Program-made: the position numbers and the translations under genes
Shown here: piece by piece, positions 53,516 through 63,050 of the stretch
How positions within the stretch are numbered: the stretch's first letter is position 1
How the letters are laid out: each line of letters begins with the position of its first letter
Notes under the pieces: generated by a model
Told to the model about the DNA's origin: nothing
Seen by the model: only the letters and a program-made list of their open reading frames with translations
Database searches by the model: none
Assembly (NCBI GenBank): GCA_902594855.1
Contig: CACJNS010000001.1
Coordinates: 474,405-538,404 of the forward strand
Length of the DNA: 64,000 nucleotides
DNA from: an uncultured SAR86 cluster bacterium
GTDB lineage: Bacteria > Pseudomonadota > Gammaproteobacteria > Magnimaribacterales > AG-339-G14
Reading direction: 5' to 3'

Positions 53516-54055
53516 TCAAGCTTTAGACTTAGGTCTAAAAAATAATATTATTCCTGTGACTGAGCTGATCAAAGCAAGGATTGAGAAGATTTTTAATAAT
53601 AGGTTATTAATATCATCTCTATCGCGCCAGTCCATGATGTGAAGGCCCCACATTAAATCCCAAAGGCGCCATTCAAAAGTTCGAATGGCTACTATTTTTC
53701 CTAAAACTGGATCAATGTACACGTTTACTTCTTTATCTGAAGAATCTAAAGAGGATAATTTATACAAGGGAAGGTTTCTTCCTCGAAACTCACTCCCTCT
53801 TTTTTCTACTGTAATTTCTTCAACTGAAATTGGTCTTAGAAAAGTTTTTTCTATCACTATTTCTTTTGCTTCATCAAAAGAAATTCTGCTGATTTTCTGC
53901 GGTGTAATTTGTTCATCTGATTTGAGATAATTTTCTCCTCTTATCTGATCAATTTTATTAAAAGAAAAGAATATTCCTGAGATAGTCCAAAGTAAAAGTT
54001 GGACTGAAACAACTAAACCAATAAATTTGTGAACTTTGCGGTTAGAAACGTTCAA
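53516..54055 (-). CDS. PepSY-TM-like membrane protein
   Basis: 179 aa with an N-terminal VHKFIGL...LLLWTISG helix and a C-terminal TM helix flanking a soluble domain. It overlaps the upstream gene by 4 nt. Confidence 0.5.
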   Translation of the reverse strand: MNVSNRKVHKFIGLVVSVQLLLWTISGIFFSFNKIDQIRGENYLKSDEQITPQKISRISFDEAKEIVIEKTFLRPISVEEITVEKRGSEFRGRNLPLYKLSSLDSSDKEVNVYIDPVLGKIVAIRTFEWRLWDLMWGLHIMDWRDRDDINNLLLKIFSILALISSVTGIILFFRPKSKA

Positions 54056-54924
54056 ATTTTTTTTGGAGGCATAGGAATTAGAATAGATGTTTTATTTAAA
54101 TACCGTTGGTATTCCTCATTGCCTTTCCATTGCTTTCTTCCTCTTGCCTCAAGAAGACTAACTCCGCTTATTCTTGTAAGTTGAATAAAAACAAAGATGG
54201 GCGATATCAATGCAAAATACAACCATCCTTGAAGAGATGGAAGGGCTACAATAGCAACACCAAACCAAAGCAATATTTCACCGAAATAATTCGGATGCCT
54301 GGACCAGGACCAAAGGCCAGTTGTAATGAATTTATCTTCATTTTCTTTTTTCGCTCTGAATTTTGTTTTCTGGTTATCTGCAATAACTTCTATGAGAAAT
54401 CCAGTTAACCAAATTAAAAAACCAAAGATATGGATTACATTAAAACTTACTTCTTTTGGAGAACTAATAGCAGCTAAAGCAGCTCCAAGAGATAATAAAA
54501 CCCATAGACCTTGGATATTCCAAGTCATAAAGAACCATGAAAATTTAGTTTTCATTATTGTAAATCTTTTATCTTCTCCATCTTTTCTTACTCTCCAAAA
54601 TAAGAAAGATCCCAGACGGATTGCCCAAACTGAAATCATTAGGGCTAATAAAATGTTTATTAATGACAAGTTCGGACTCAATGCCACAGATAAAATTGAT
54701 ATCGATATAAATGTAAGGCTTCCAGTTAAATCAAAGAAATGTTCAGTTTGATTTAAATAAGAAGGAATAAAGATCACATATTGAATTACAAAAATTATTA
54801 ATGCACAAAATCCGAATAATGGTATCCCCGATATAGTGAGTGAATTTAAGCTACATACCCATGCCACTAAGAGAGCAACCGCAAGAGTTACTGCAGTGCC
54901 AATATTTGATTGAGTTCTATTCAT
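54052..54924 (-). CDS. DUF1295 / steroid-5-alpha-reductase-like membrane protein
   Basis: 290 aa, polytopic, with GLWSWSRHPNYFGEILLWFG, the signature of this family. Confidence 0.8.
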   Translation of the reverse strand: MNRTQSNIGTAVTLAVALLVAWVCSLNSLTISGIPLFGFCALIIFVIQYVIFIPSYLNQTEHFFDLTGSLTFISISILSVALSPNLSLINILLALMISVWAIRLGSFLFWRVRKDGEDKRFTIMKTKFSWFFMTWNIQGLWVLLSLGAALAAISSPKEVSFNVIHIFGFLIWLTGFLIEVIADNQKTKFRAKKENEDKFITTGLWSWSRHPNYFGEILLWFGVAIVALPSLQGWLYFALISPIFVFIQLTRISGVSLLEARGRKQWKGNEEYQRYLNKTSILIPMPPKKI

Positions 54925-54997
54925 AACAAAATTCTACTATAAGACTTGATTTGGGGGCTTATTTAGATGATATTATTTTAAATAAGTGGAGAAAAGA

Positions 54998-55426
54998 ATG
55001 AAAAATTTAATAAACAAAATTTTATTTTTAGGTATGTTGATATTTTTAAGTTCAACTGCCTTTAGTTATTCAATTTCTGGAGATTCTTTTAAGGCAAACC
55101 TAGAAATTGATACCATAAACTTCGGTCAAGAATACGCAGTCATTTCTGCTTCTGGAAGAGCCGGGGAATACGGAGCAGTTTATGCTGACTACAAATTAAT
55201 GCCATCAAACGATCAAAGAAATTCTGGAACTATATCTGGGCTGGCAAGAGCCATTAACGATGATGGTGTATTGACGGGTGCAAATCTAACCGGTGTATAT
55301 AAGAGAAATGGCGGAATTATCAGCATCTATATGCTTGATGAATTAACCAATGGGGTGATTCATTATGTTGAAGGCACAATAAATGTTGTCTCTAAAAAAA
55401 TTGAAATTGAGGTTTATCCTAAATAA
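54998..55426 (+). CDS. Small secreted protein of unknown function
   Basis: The ATG at 54998 follows a GGAG 6 nt upstream. The ORF-track GTG at 54986 is itself part of that Shine-Dalgarno. It has a signal peptide (MKNLINKILFLGMLIFLSSTAFS). Confidence 0.55.
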   Translation: MKNLINKILFLGMLIFLSSTAFSYSISGDSFKANLEIDTINFGQEYAVISASGRAGEYGAVYADYKLMPSNDQRNSGTISGLARAINDDGVLTGANLTGVYKRNGGIISIYMLDELTNGVIHYVEGTINVVSKKIEIEVYPK

Positions 55427-55438
55427 CTGGAGATTATT

Positions 55439-56578
55439 ATGATGAATTCAAAAATTTGTGAACTCTTAGATATAGAGTTTCCGTTAGTTGCTTTTACGCA
55501 TTGTCGAGACGTTGTAGTTGCTGTCTCAAAAGCTGGCGGATGCGGAGTCTTGGGAGCAGTAGGTATGTCACCTGAGCAATTGGAAAAAGAATTGAAATGG
55601 ATCGATGATCATATTGATGGTAAACCTTATGGCGTTGACGTACTTATTCCAAATAAAATGGTTGATCAAAGTGAGAAGTTCGATGCAGAAAAATTAAAGA
55701 GCATGATTCCACAAGAGTATGCTGACTACCGAGCTGATATTCTGGAAAATCATGATATTGAAGCCTCTGAACTAAGAACCATCGATACAGCTGGGTCTAG
55801 TTTTGCTCAGAATACCAAAGCAGATGGTGCTAAAGCTCTATTAGATGTTGCTTTTAGCCATCCGATAAAACTTATAGCTAACGCCTTAGGTGTTCCACCT
55901 GACTGGATGTTAGAGATGGGAAAAGAAAATGACGTGAAGGTTGCTGCTTTATTAGGAACTGCTCAACATGCAATTAATCAAGTTAAAGCAGGAGTGGATA
56001 TTTTAGTTGTTTCAGGAACTGAAGCAGGCGGACATTGCGGAAGTGTTTCGACAATGGTGCTGATACCCGAAGTTCACAAAGCAATCCAACCTTATGGAGA
56101 TGTTCCAATCTTAGCTGCCGGTGGTATCGTTACAGGTCAACAGATGGCTGCTGCAATGGCAATGGGAGCATCCGGAGCATGGTGCGGTTCAGTTTGGTTA
56201 ACTACTGTCGAATCAGAAGTGCCTCCAGTTATAAAAGAAAAAATGGTTGCTGCAAATTCTAGTCAAACTGTGAGATCAAGAAGCAGAACAGGAAAACATT
56301 CAAGACAATTAGTTTCTCCTTGGACTGAAGCATGGGAATCAGACAATGCTCCTGATCCATTGCCAATGCCATTACAACCAATGGTTGCAGAACCAGCTCT
56401 TCAAAAAGTTAATAAACTGGCTGAAGGCGGTCATGCAGGAGCTAGAGATCTCTCAACTTATTGGGTTGGTCAGGGAGTTGGATTAATGAATGCAAGCATT
56501 TCTGCTAGTGATGTTGTTCAGGAATTCAAGGAAGACTTTATTTCTGCATACGAAAGACTTAATAATTTTGTTAACTAA
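55439..56578 (+). CDS. Nitronate monooxygenase (NMO, 2-nitropropane dioxygenase-like) family flavoprotein
   Basis: 379 aa with the TIM-barrel FMN motifs GTEAGGH and AAGGI.TG. Confidence 0.85.
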   Translation: MMNSKICELLDIEFPLVAFTHCRDVVVAVSKAGGCGVLGAVGMSPEQLEKELKWIDDHIDGKPYGVDVLIPNKMVDQSEKFDAEKLKSMIPQEYADYRADILENHDIEASELRTIDTAGSSFAQNTKADGAKALLDVAFSHPIKLIANALGVPPDWMLEMGKENDVKVAALLGTAQHAINQVKAGVDILVVSGTEAGGHCGSVSTMVLIPEVHKAIQPYGDVPILAAGGIVTGQQMAAAMAMGASGAWCGSVWLTTVESEVPPVIKEKMVAANSSQTVRSRSRTGKHSRQLVSPWTEAWESDNAPDPLPMPLQPMVAEPALQKVNKLAEGGHAGARDLSTYWVGQGVGLMNASISASDVVQEFKEDFISAYERLNNFVN

Positions 56579-56595
56579 GTCTTTAATTTTGAAAG

Positions 56596-56620
56596 GCTAC
56601 AGATTCTATCTGTAGCTTTT
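56596..56620. terminator. Bidirectional intrinsic-terminator-like hairpin
   Basis: A perfect 9-bp stem, gctacagat / atctgtagc, with loop tct (56596..56616), followed by TTTT. It sits between the convergent NMO and nitroreductase genes. Confidence 0.6.
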
Positions 56621-57288
56621 CATTTTAAGAATTTAGAAAAGTTTTCTAAATCCTCTCTTTCAGTCCTGAATTGATTTACCGGATCTGCTTCGTCTTCGTA
56701 TCCTAGCGCTATGCCGCACCAAAGAGTTTCATCATCTGGATAATTAATATGTTCCCTTAAAAGTTTAGGAAGTTCAGCCCAAGCTTCTTGCAAGCAGGTT
56801 GCTAAACCATTTTCAATAGCTAATAAACAAATATTTTGAATAAAATGTCCTACATGGCCCCAACCGTTAGGACCGACACAGTTTTTGACGGTGACAAAAA
56901 TTCCAACAGGGGCTCCAAAAAACTCATAATTTTTTCTTCCTTGCGCCATCATTTTTTCTGTATCACCTTTTTCAATGCCTAAAGCACCGTACATAGCCCA
57001 GCCAACGCCCCGTCTTCTTTCTTTATACCAGTCAGGCATTTCTTTTGGATACACTAAATATTCTTGCCCATCCATTTTTCCTTGATCGTACCTCGAAGTA
57101 GCTTCATCAACTAGTTTATTTCTTGCATCGCTAGATAAAACATAGATATTCCAAGGTTGTGTGTTAACGCCGGAAGGGGACTGTTTTGCAATTTCTATGA
57201 TGTTCTTAACAATATCTATATCAACATCTTTATCTAGAAAAGCTCTAGCAGAGTGTCTTTTTTTTATAGCTTCTGAAACTGTTGTCAT
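56620..57288 (-). CDS. Nitroreductase-family flavoprotein
   Basis: 222 aa with RHSARAF and SPSGVNTQPW motifs. Confidence 0.85.
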   Translation of the reverse strand: MTTVSEAIKKRHSARAFLDKDVDIDIVKNIIEIAKQSPSGVNTQPWNIYVLSSDARNKLVDEATSRYDQGKMDGQEYLVYPKEMPDWYKERRRGVGWAMYGALGIEKGDTEKMMAQGRKNYEFFGAPVGIFVTVKNCVGPNGWGHVGHFIQNICLLAIENGLATCLQEAWAELPKLLREHINYPDDETLWCGIALGYEDEADPVNQFRTEREDLENFSKFLK

Positions 57289-57338
57289 AATTTGCTCCTA
57301 TTTGATTTAGGTAAATTTATTATAAAAATGCTTTAAAA

Positions 57339-57378
57339 ATTAATACAACTGTATTAATGTAAATTTGTACATTTGTAC
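57339..57378. promoter_or_regulatory. Candidate operator: a 20-nt perfect palindrome followed by a tandem 8-mer
   Basis: The palindrome attaataca-ac-tgtattaat spans 57339..57358. The tandem atttgtac atttgtac spans 57363..57378. TGTA recurs every 8 nt (57350, 57358, 57366, 57374), about 30-65 nt upstream of the receptor start codon. Confidence 0.35.
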
Positions 57379-57403
57379 TATACATCTAAAACTAAGGGGA
57401 GTT

Positions 57404-59956
57404 ATGATGAATAGAAAATTAATTAAAGTTTTTTTTATTAGTTCCTTAATATTTCTGCCTCAATTTTCTTTTGGACAGAGTGATTCAGATGAATCAGTCG
57501 AAGAGATGATAGTAACGGCAACATTTAGGGAAACCACAGTAATGGATACAGCTTTGTCTGTAGATTCAGTCAGCCAAGACAAATTAGATCAACTTGGAGC
57601 TGACAGCCTTGAGGAAGTCTTTAGATCAGTCTCTGGATTGAACCTTTATTCAGAAGGAGTTGGAAGAAGCAGGATAATCATTAGAGGTATTAGCGGACAA
57701 TCGAGTAACTATCCAGGCGGACAAATGGGTGCTACAACTGGGGTGTATATTGATGATGTTCCTATGTCATCAGTAATGTCTCCAGAGTATGCTTCAGCCG
57801 GAGATGCATTTGATTTACAAAGGATTGAGGTATTGAAGGGTCCTCAAGGAACTTTATTTGGTGAATCTTCTCAAGGAGGAACAGTCAGATATATTTATAA
57901 TAAACCTAATCCAGATGAGTTTGAATCAACCATTCGAATGAAAGGAATGAGTGGAGCTGATAGTTCTTCTTCTTATAGAGTAGATGCTCTAGTTAACATC
58001 CCATTTTCAAATGGTGATACAGACGGTGCCGTCAGAGTTAGCGGATTTCAAGGAAAAAGAGGCGGATACATTGATTGGATTACTGTTGATAATAATCAAC
58101 CTGACTGGAACGATTCTTCAACAAGTGGTGGTAGGTTATCTGTCCTTGCCGAAACTGAGAAACTAACTTTCCAATACTCTAGTATTTTTGGAAAGACTGA
58201 TGGTAATGGAAACAATATGTCCTATTCACCTCCTACATCTGCAAACCCTTTCTTGGATAACAAATCGATTATTCCACCCTATTCTGCAGCAGGCGCTCTA
58301 GCAGCAGGTTCTTATGTAGGACTCGCAGCTCCAGCAGCTAAATACTATGTTGGTGCTAACGAAGTGGATCCTCATACTCCCGGTAACGATGAAGATTATC
58401 AAGTTCACTCGTTTAAATTTGAGGTTGATACTGGAGCTGGTACTTTCAGTTCTATAACTTCTTACTTGGATAGATATGTTCAAAGGAGAACTCCAACGAA
58501 TACAGAAGCTGCATTCGTAATTGATATTTACACAGGCGGTTTGAACGTTAATTTTGCACGAGGTGTATTTGATAGCTCAGGCGCAGAAAATTGTTTCATT
58601 CCTTGTAATGGTGCAGCTCTTGTTCCTTTCTTTGGAGAACAAAATGCATCGTTTACGAATGTATTTATGGCTCCTTTCCCAGATGGAGGATCAGTTTCTT
58701 CATACAATCCAAAAGTATCAGGAGCAACTGAAAGAGTTACTCAAGAATTTAGATTCACATCTGACGCTACAGAGGACCTTTTTTGGGTCGTTGGAGCATT
58801 CTTTAAAGATACTACTGACAAAAGACTTACAGATTTAGCAATAACATATTTCTCACCTGAGAGAGCAGCCCTAGGACAAGCTACAGTGGATGAAAACGGT
58901 GATCCGTTGCCTACAGAATCAATAGGCCCAAGTTTAAAAGCTGACTTTGAAAGTCCTGACACTGAATTACAGGAAATATCTGTTTATGCAGATATAACTT
59001 ACGAAATAGATCAAAACTGGTCTGTAGCTGCCGGAGTAAGAATAACAAATCTTGATAAAACTCTAACTATAGGCGCATCAACTTATGATTTTTCAGAGGA
59101 TAATGTTTCACCTCGTTTTAATGTATCTTGGAATGATGGAAATAATCTTGTTTATCTAAACGCTTCCACAGGATTTAGACAGGGGGGTGTTAATGGTGCT
59201 CAATTATATAATTTAAGAAACTGGGCAGTATTTAATGAATTTACTCCAGGTTCTATTCCTCAAGAAAAAATTGATTATGCAAATAAAGTTCTGACATTTG
59301 ATGGAGATCAATTGTTAAATACCGAACTTGGGTACAAGGGAAGTTTTAATGACGACACAATTCAGCTAATTTTATCTGTGTACTCACAATCTATAACAGA
59401 TTTCGCAGTTTATGTAGAAGACTATAGTCTTGATGCGGTAGGGTTCCCTTATATTGCGAATATTGGCGATGGTTCATCTTCAGGAGCAGAAATGGCATTG
59501 AATTTCTTGCCTACTTCTGAACTTTCAATTGGAATCATAGCTTCATCTAATCAGACAAGTGTTGATACTGCTTACCCTGGATATGATGGAGGTATAAAAA
59601 TTGCCAAAGACAGTAAGTTTCTCCATGCTCCTGAAACCACTTATGGGTTTAATATTGATTATACTCATGATATCGGTAACGGAAATTTTGGAAGATTGTA
59701 TCTTGATCATTCTTATGTAGGGGAGCAGTTTGCTGATTCAACCAACCTTACTGCCCTTGGTGAATATGAAGTTTCGAACATTAGATATTCATTTATAGGT
59801 GCAAACAACATCACAACTACTTTGTTTGTAAATAACTTGATGGATTCTATCTATGTAACCAATCAACGTGACTTTACCTTTGGTTTTGGAGGAATTGGTT
59901 ACGATTATGGTCGTCCAAGAGAGCTTGGAATAAGCGTTCAGTACAACCTAAATTAA
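57404..59956 (+). CDS. TonB-dependent outer-membrane receptor
   Basis: The start is taken at the ATG at 57404, after AAGGGGA. It has a signal peptide (MMNRKLIKVFFISSLIFLPQFSFG-Q). Plug-domain strings are IVTATFRE, IEVLKGPQGTLFG.SSQGG. The barrel is long and Gly/Tyr/Asp-rich. Confidence 0.9.
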   Translation: MMNRKLIKVFFISSLIFLPQFSFGQSDSDESVEEMIVTATFRETTVMDTALSVDSVSQDKLDQLGADSLEEVFRSVSGLNLYSEGVGRSRIIIRGISGQSSNYPGGQMGATTGVYIDDVPMSSVMSPEYASAGDAFDLQRIEVLKGPQGTLFGESSQGGTVRYIYNKPNPDEFESTIRMKGMSGADSSSSYRVDALVNIPFSNGDTDGAVRVSGFQGKRGGYIDWITVDNNQPDWNDSSTSGGRLSVLAETEKLTFQYSSIFGKTDGNGNNMSYSPPTSANPFLDNKSIIPPYSAAGALAAGSYVGLAAPAAKYYVGANEVDPHTPGNDEDYQVHSFKFEVDTGAGTFSSITSYLDRYVQRRTPTNTEAAFVIDIYTGGLNVNFARGVFDSSGAENCFIPCNGAALVPFFGEQNASFTNVFMAPFPDGGSVSSYNPKVSGATERVTQEFRFTSDATEDLFWVVGAFFKDTTDKRLTDLAITYFSPERAALGQATVDENGDPLPTESIGPSLKADFESPDTELQEISVYADITYEIDQNWSVAAGVRITNLDKTLTIGASTYDFSEDNVSPRFNVSWNDGNNLVYLNASTGFRQGGVNGAQLYNLRNWAVFNEFTPGSIPQEKIDYANKVLTFDGDQLLNTELGYKGSFNDDTIQLILSVYSQSITDFAVYVEDYSLDAVGFPYIANIGDGSSSGAEMALNFLPTSELSIGIIASSNQTSVDTAYPGYDGGIKIAKDSKFLHAPETTYGFNIDYTHDIGNGNFGRLYLDHSYVGEQFADSTNLTALGEYEVSNIRYSFIGANNITTTLFVNNLMDSIYVTNQRDFTFGFGGIGYDYGRPRELGISVQYNLN

Positions 59957-59982
59957 GAGAAACTCTATTACCCCTTGAGTAC

Positions 59983-60021
59983 TTACACCCGATTTTGTTT
60001 GGTTAGCAAAATCGGGTGTAA
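59983..60021. other. 15-bp perfect hairpin without a U-tract
   Basis: ttacacccgattttg (59983..59997) pairs with caaaatcgggtgtaa (60007..60021) around a 9-nt loop. It sits between the receptor stop and the esterase start. Confidence 0.45.
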
Positions 60022-60030
60022 AATTTAAAT

Positions 60031-61617
60031 ATGATAGTTAAAACTAAATCTGGCGAAATCGAGGGCGCCAAGGAAGATCTTTATTATTCTTTTAGAGGCA
60101 TACCTTATGCAGAGCCACCCATAGGTAAGAATAGGTGGTTGGCTCCAAAACCCATAAAACCCTGGTCAGATGTAAAAAGCTGCAAAGAATTCGGTTCTAT
60201 TTGTCCTCAAAACGAGCTTGTTTATGAGCAAGAGGCTACTGCAGATTACGAAACTGGGTCAAACCAAAATGAAGATTGTCTAACTTTAAACGTATGGTCT
60301 TCTGATCTTAATTCCAACAAACCAGTTTTAGTTTGGATTCATGGTGGAGCTTACTTTTTGGGGAGTGGAGCGGACTGTCTTTCTGATTCAGAAGATATAT
60401 GTAGAGATGGTAAATATGTTGTCATAAGTATGAATTACAGATTGGCCTGTTTTGGTTTTCTCCGTTTGATTGATCTTACCGATGGAAAAATACCATCCAC
60501 TGGTAACGAAGCCCTTTTGGATCAAATCGAAGCACTTAAATGGATTCAAGCAAACATATCTTCTTTTGGGGGAGACCCTAATAATGTAACTTTGATTGGT
60601 CAATCCGCTGGCGGACATAGTATTGGAACTCTTCTAGCAATGCCAGATGCAAAAGGTTTATTTCATAAAGCTATAGTTTGTGACGGTGGTTCGGAAACAA
60701 TTCAGCCCAAGGAAGAGGCAAACAGATTAGCTTTGAAGTTATTAAATGAATGTAATATTGATCCTTCTGATGTCGATGCAATAAATTCTATAAGCACAGA
60801 AGATTTAAAAGCATTCGATGCAAAAATGCAGGATCCTAATCATCCATATACTCAGGATTTAGACTTCGCTACACAAGCTCATGCTAAACCCTGTGTTGAT
60901 GGAGTTCATATTCCAGATGAACCATTGAATCTTATTCGGGCAGGATCTGCAAAAGATGTGTCGGTTATTTTAGGTACAAGTGATTCTGAGGCATTTGGCT
61001 ACGACGAAATTTATCCTGGCCTTAGAGAATGGAATGTAGATCAAGCTATTGAGTTTGAAATGAGAGATTGGCTAAGAAAGTCTAAGTTTTTAAAAATTTC
61101 AAAAAAATCTGCGCGAGAAGATATAAAAAAACTTTTCGATGCATACGAAGTTCATCTCACAAATAATAAAATGGATTCTTCACCGGCGGAATGCTTTTTG
61201 AAAATAAACGGACATAAGTGGTTTTGGGTTTCAACAATTAGGCTCGCTGATGCGCTATCAAAGAATAGCAAACACGTTTACAACTATAATTGGACTTTCC
61301 CCGGTCCGCACGGAAGTCCATATCATGGCTCTTCATTACCTTTCTTTCTTGATTACGTTGATTCTGAAGTTGGTAAACAAATGTGTGGAGAAAACGAAAG
61401 CGTCCAAAAGTTAAGCGTAATCATAAACAAAATAGTAGAGAATTTTCTGACAAGTGGAAACCCAAACAAATCAGACGATGTGCCTGTTTGGCCAACTTAC
61501 GATGACAGCATGGAAAGTTTATTGTTTGCTGAGACCATTGAAACAATTAAGGACTTCAATTCATCCTTAAGAAAGTCATGGGATCAAGTAGAAGAAAAAA
61601 TTCCAGGCAATTTATAG
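60031..61617 (+). CDS. Carboxylesterase, type B (para-nitrobenzyl-esterase-like), cytoplasmic
   Basis: 528 aa with no signal peptide. It has the FRGIPYAEPP motif, the oxyanion HGGAY and the nucleophile elbow GQSAGG. Confidence 0.9.
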   Translation: MIVKTKSGEIEGAKEDLYYSFRGIPYAEPPIGKNRWLAPKPIKPWSDVKSCKEFGSICPQNELVYEQEATADYETGSNQNEDCLTLNVWSSDLNSNKPVLVWIHGGAYFLGSGADCLSDSEDICRDGKYVVISMNYRLACFGFLRLIDLTDGKIPSTGNEALLDQIEALKWIQANISSFGGDPNNVTLIGQSAGGHSIGTLLAMPDAKGLFHKAIVCDGGSETIQPKEEANRLALKLLNECNIDPSDVDAINSISTEDLKAFDAKMQDPNHPYTQDLDFATQAHAKPCVDGVHIPDEPLNLIRAGSAKDVSVILGTSDSEAFGYDEIYPGLREWNVDQAIEFEMRDWLRKSKFLKISKKSAREDIKKLFDAYEVHLTNNKMDSSPAECFLKINGHKWFWVSTIRLADALSKNSKHVYNYNWTFPGPHGSPYHGSSLPFFLDYVDSEVGKQMCGENESVQKLSVIINKIVENFLTSGNPNKSDDVPVWPTYDDSMESLLFAETIETIKDFNSSLRKSWDQVEEKIPGNL

Positions 61618-61618
61618 A

Positions 61619-63049
61619 GTGAATCTACCTGAAAAAGTACCCTTTTCAGTAAAAGCCTATTATGGATTAGGTCAGCTTTCTATAGGGAGTTTTGGCACTA
61701 TGTCCAGGCTGTGTCTCTTTTTCTTTTATAGTCAGGTTCTTGGCATTTCTCCAGCCTTAGTGGGGTTTGCAACCGCCATTGCAACAGTATTTGATGCCAT
61801 TACTGATCCGATAATTGGATCAATATCGGATAACTTCAAATCAAAATATGGACGACGCTTACCTTTTCTGTTTGCTGGGACATTTCCAACATCAATCTCA
61901 ATATTCTTATTATTCAACCCTTTAGTGACCGGGGATGCAGCACTATTCTATTGGCTAGTGTTTTTTTCATGTCTGACAAACTTCCTTTCTACCTTATTCG
62001 TCATACCTTATTTTGCTGTGGGAGCAGAAATAACTGAAAATTATGATGAGAGAGCATCAGTTGTAGCTTTTAGGAATTTTTTCTATTTCTTTGGTCAAGC
62101 TTTCGTTATATATCTAGCATATGGATATTTTTTCTTACCCTCTGAGGAGTTCACAAATGGCCAACTTAATCCTGCTGTATACGGACCTTTCTCAGTAGTG
62201 GTAGCTATGTTGTTTCTGGTTACTTCGGTAATAAGTATTTTTGGATTTAAAAATCACATTCCCAATAATTATCGAGGGAATATGGAATCTTTCTCCTTTT
62301 CAAAGATATTCCTAACTATCTTCAGAGATTTTTTTGAAGCTTTGAGCAATTACTCTTTCCGCATGTTATTTTTTGGAAACGTCTTTTTAACTATCTCCGC
62401 AGGTATATCGTTTACCCTTGAGCTTTATGCTTTAACTTTTTTTTGGGGGCTCTCTGGAGAGCTAAGTCTTCTTTTAGTTGGTCTTGCGTTTTACCCAGGA
62501 GCCTTTCTTGGTGTTTTTCTTTCTAATTATTTAATTCAGGCCTTCGAGAAAAGAAACGTTATGGTTTGGGGAATAATTTTATGGATTCTATTCATTGTCG
62601 TGCCAATCATCTTGAGTATGAATGGTTTATTTCCCGCTTCAGGAACAGCAACTTTAATTGTTTTACTTATAATATCAAAGATCATCCAAGGCTTGGTCAT
62701 CATACCGCCGGATGTAGCCTTCAATGCTGCTATGGCAGATACTGCTGATCAGCAAGAACTGGTTAATAGCAAAAGGCAAGAAGGCATATTTTTTGCATCT
62801 GCCTACTTTTCTATTAAAGCCTCTTATGGAATCGGAGCAGCAATTGCAGGTGTAGCACTCACAATAATCGGTTGGCCAACAGGATCTGAAGCTGAAATCA
62901 CCGACCTTAACATTTTTAACCTAGGTATCATCCTAGGACCAGTGGTTGCAGTTTTTGGATTGATTGGAGGATTTATTTACTCAAAATACGACCTGACAAG
63001 AGAAAAACATGAACAGATCAGGTCTCAACTAAAAGAGAAAAGAAGTTAA
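61619..63049 (+). CDS. GPH-family (glycoside-pentoside-hexuronide-like) MFS symporter
   Basis: 476 aa with a GTG start 1 nt after the esterase stop and about 12 TM helices. It has the GPH signature DAITDPIIGSISD...GRRLPF. Confidence 0.85.
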   Translation: MNLPEKVPFSVKAYYGLGQLSIGSFGTMSRLCLFFFYSQVLGISPALVGFATAIATVFDAITDPIIGSISDNFKSKYGRRLPFLFAGTFPTSISIFLLFNPLVTGDAALFYWLVFFSCLTNFLSTLFVIPYFAVGAEITENYDERASVVAFRNFFYFFGQAFVIYLAYGYFFLPSEEFTNGQLNPAVYGPFSVVVAMLFLVTSVISIFGFKNHIPNNYRGNMESFSFSKIFLTIFRDFFEALSNYSFRMLFFGNVFLTISAGISFTLELYALTFFWGLSGELSLLLVGLAFYPGAFLGVFLSNYLIQAFEKRNVMVWGIILWILFIVVPIILSMNGLFPASGTATLIVLLIISKIIQGLVIIPPDVAFNAAMADTADQQELVNSKRQEGIFFASAYFSIKASYGIGAAIAGVALTIIGWPTGSEAEITDLNIFNLGIILGPVVAVFGLIGGFIYSKYDLTREKHEQIRSQLKEKRS

Positions 63050-63050
63050 A

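Noticed and set aside
57365-57403. TTG-initiated 13-codon extension of the TonB-dependent receptor
   Set aside because: The ATG at 57404 follows an AAGGGGA Shine-Dalgarno and starts a proper signal peptide. The extension would also run through the candidate operator.
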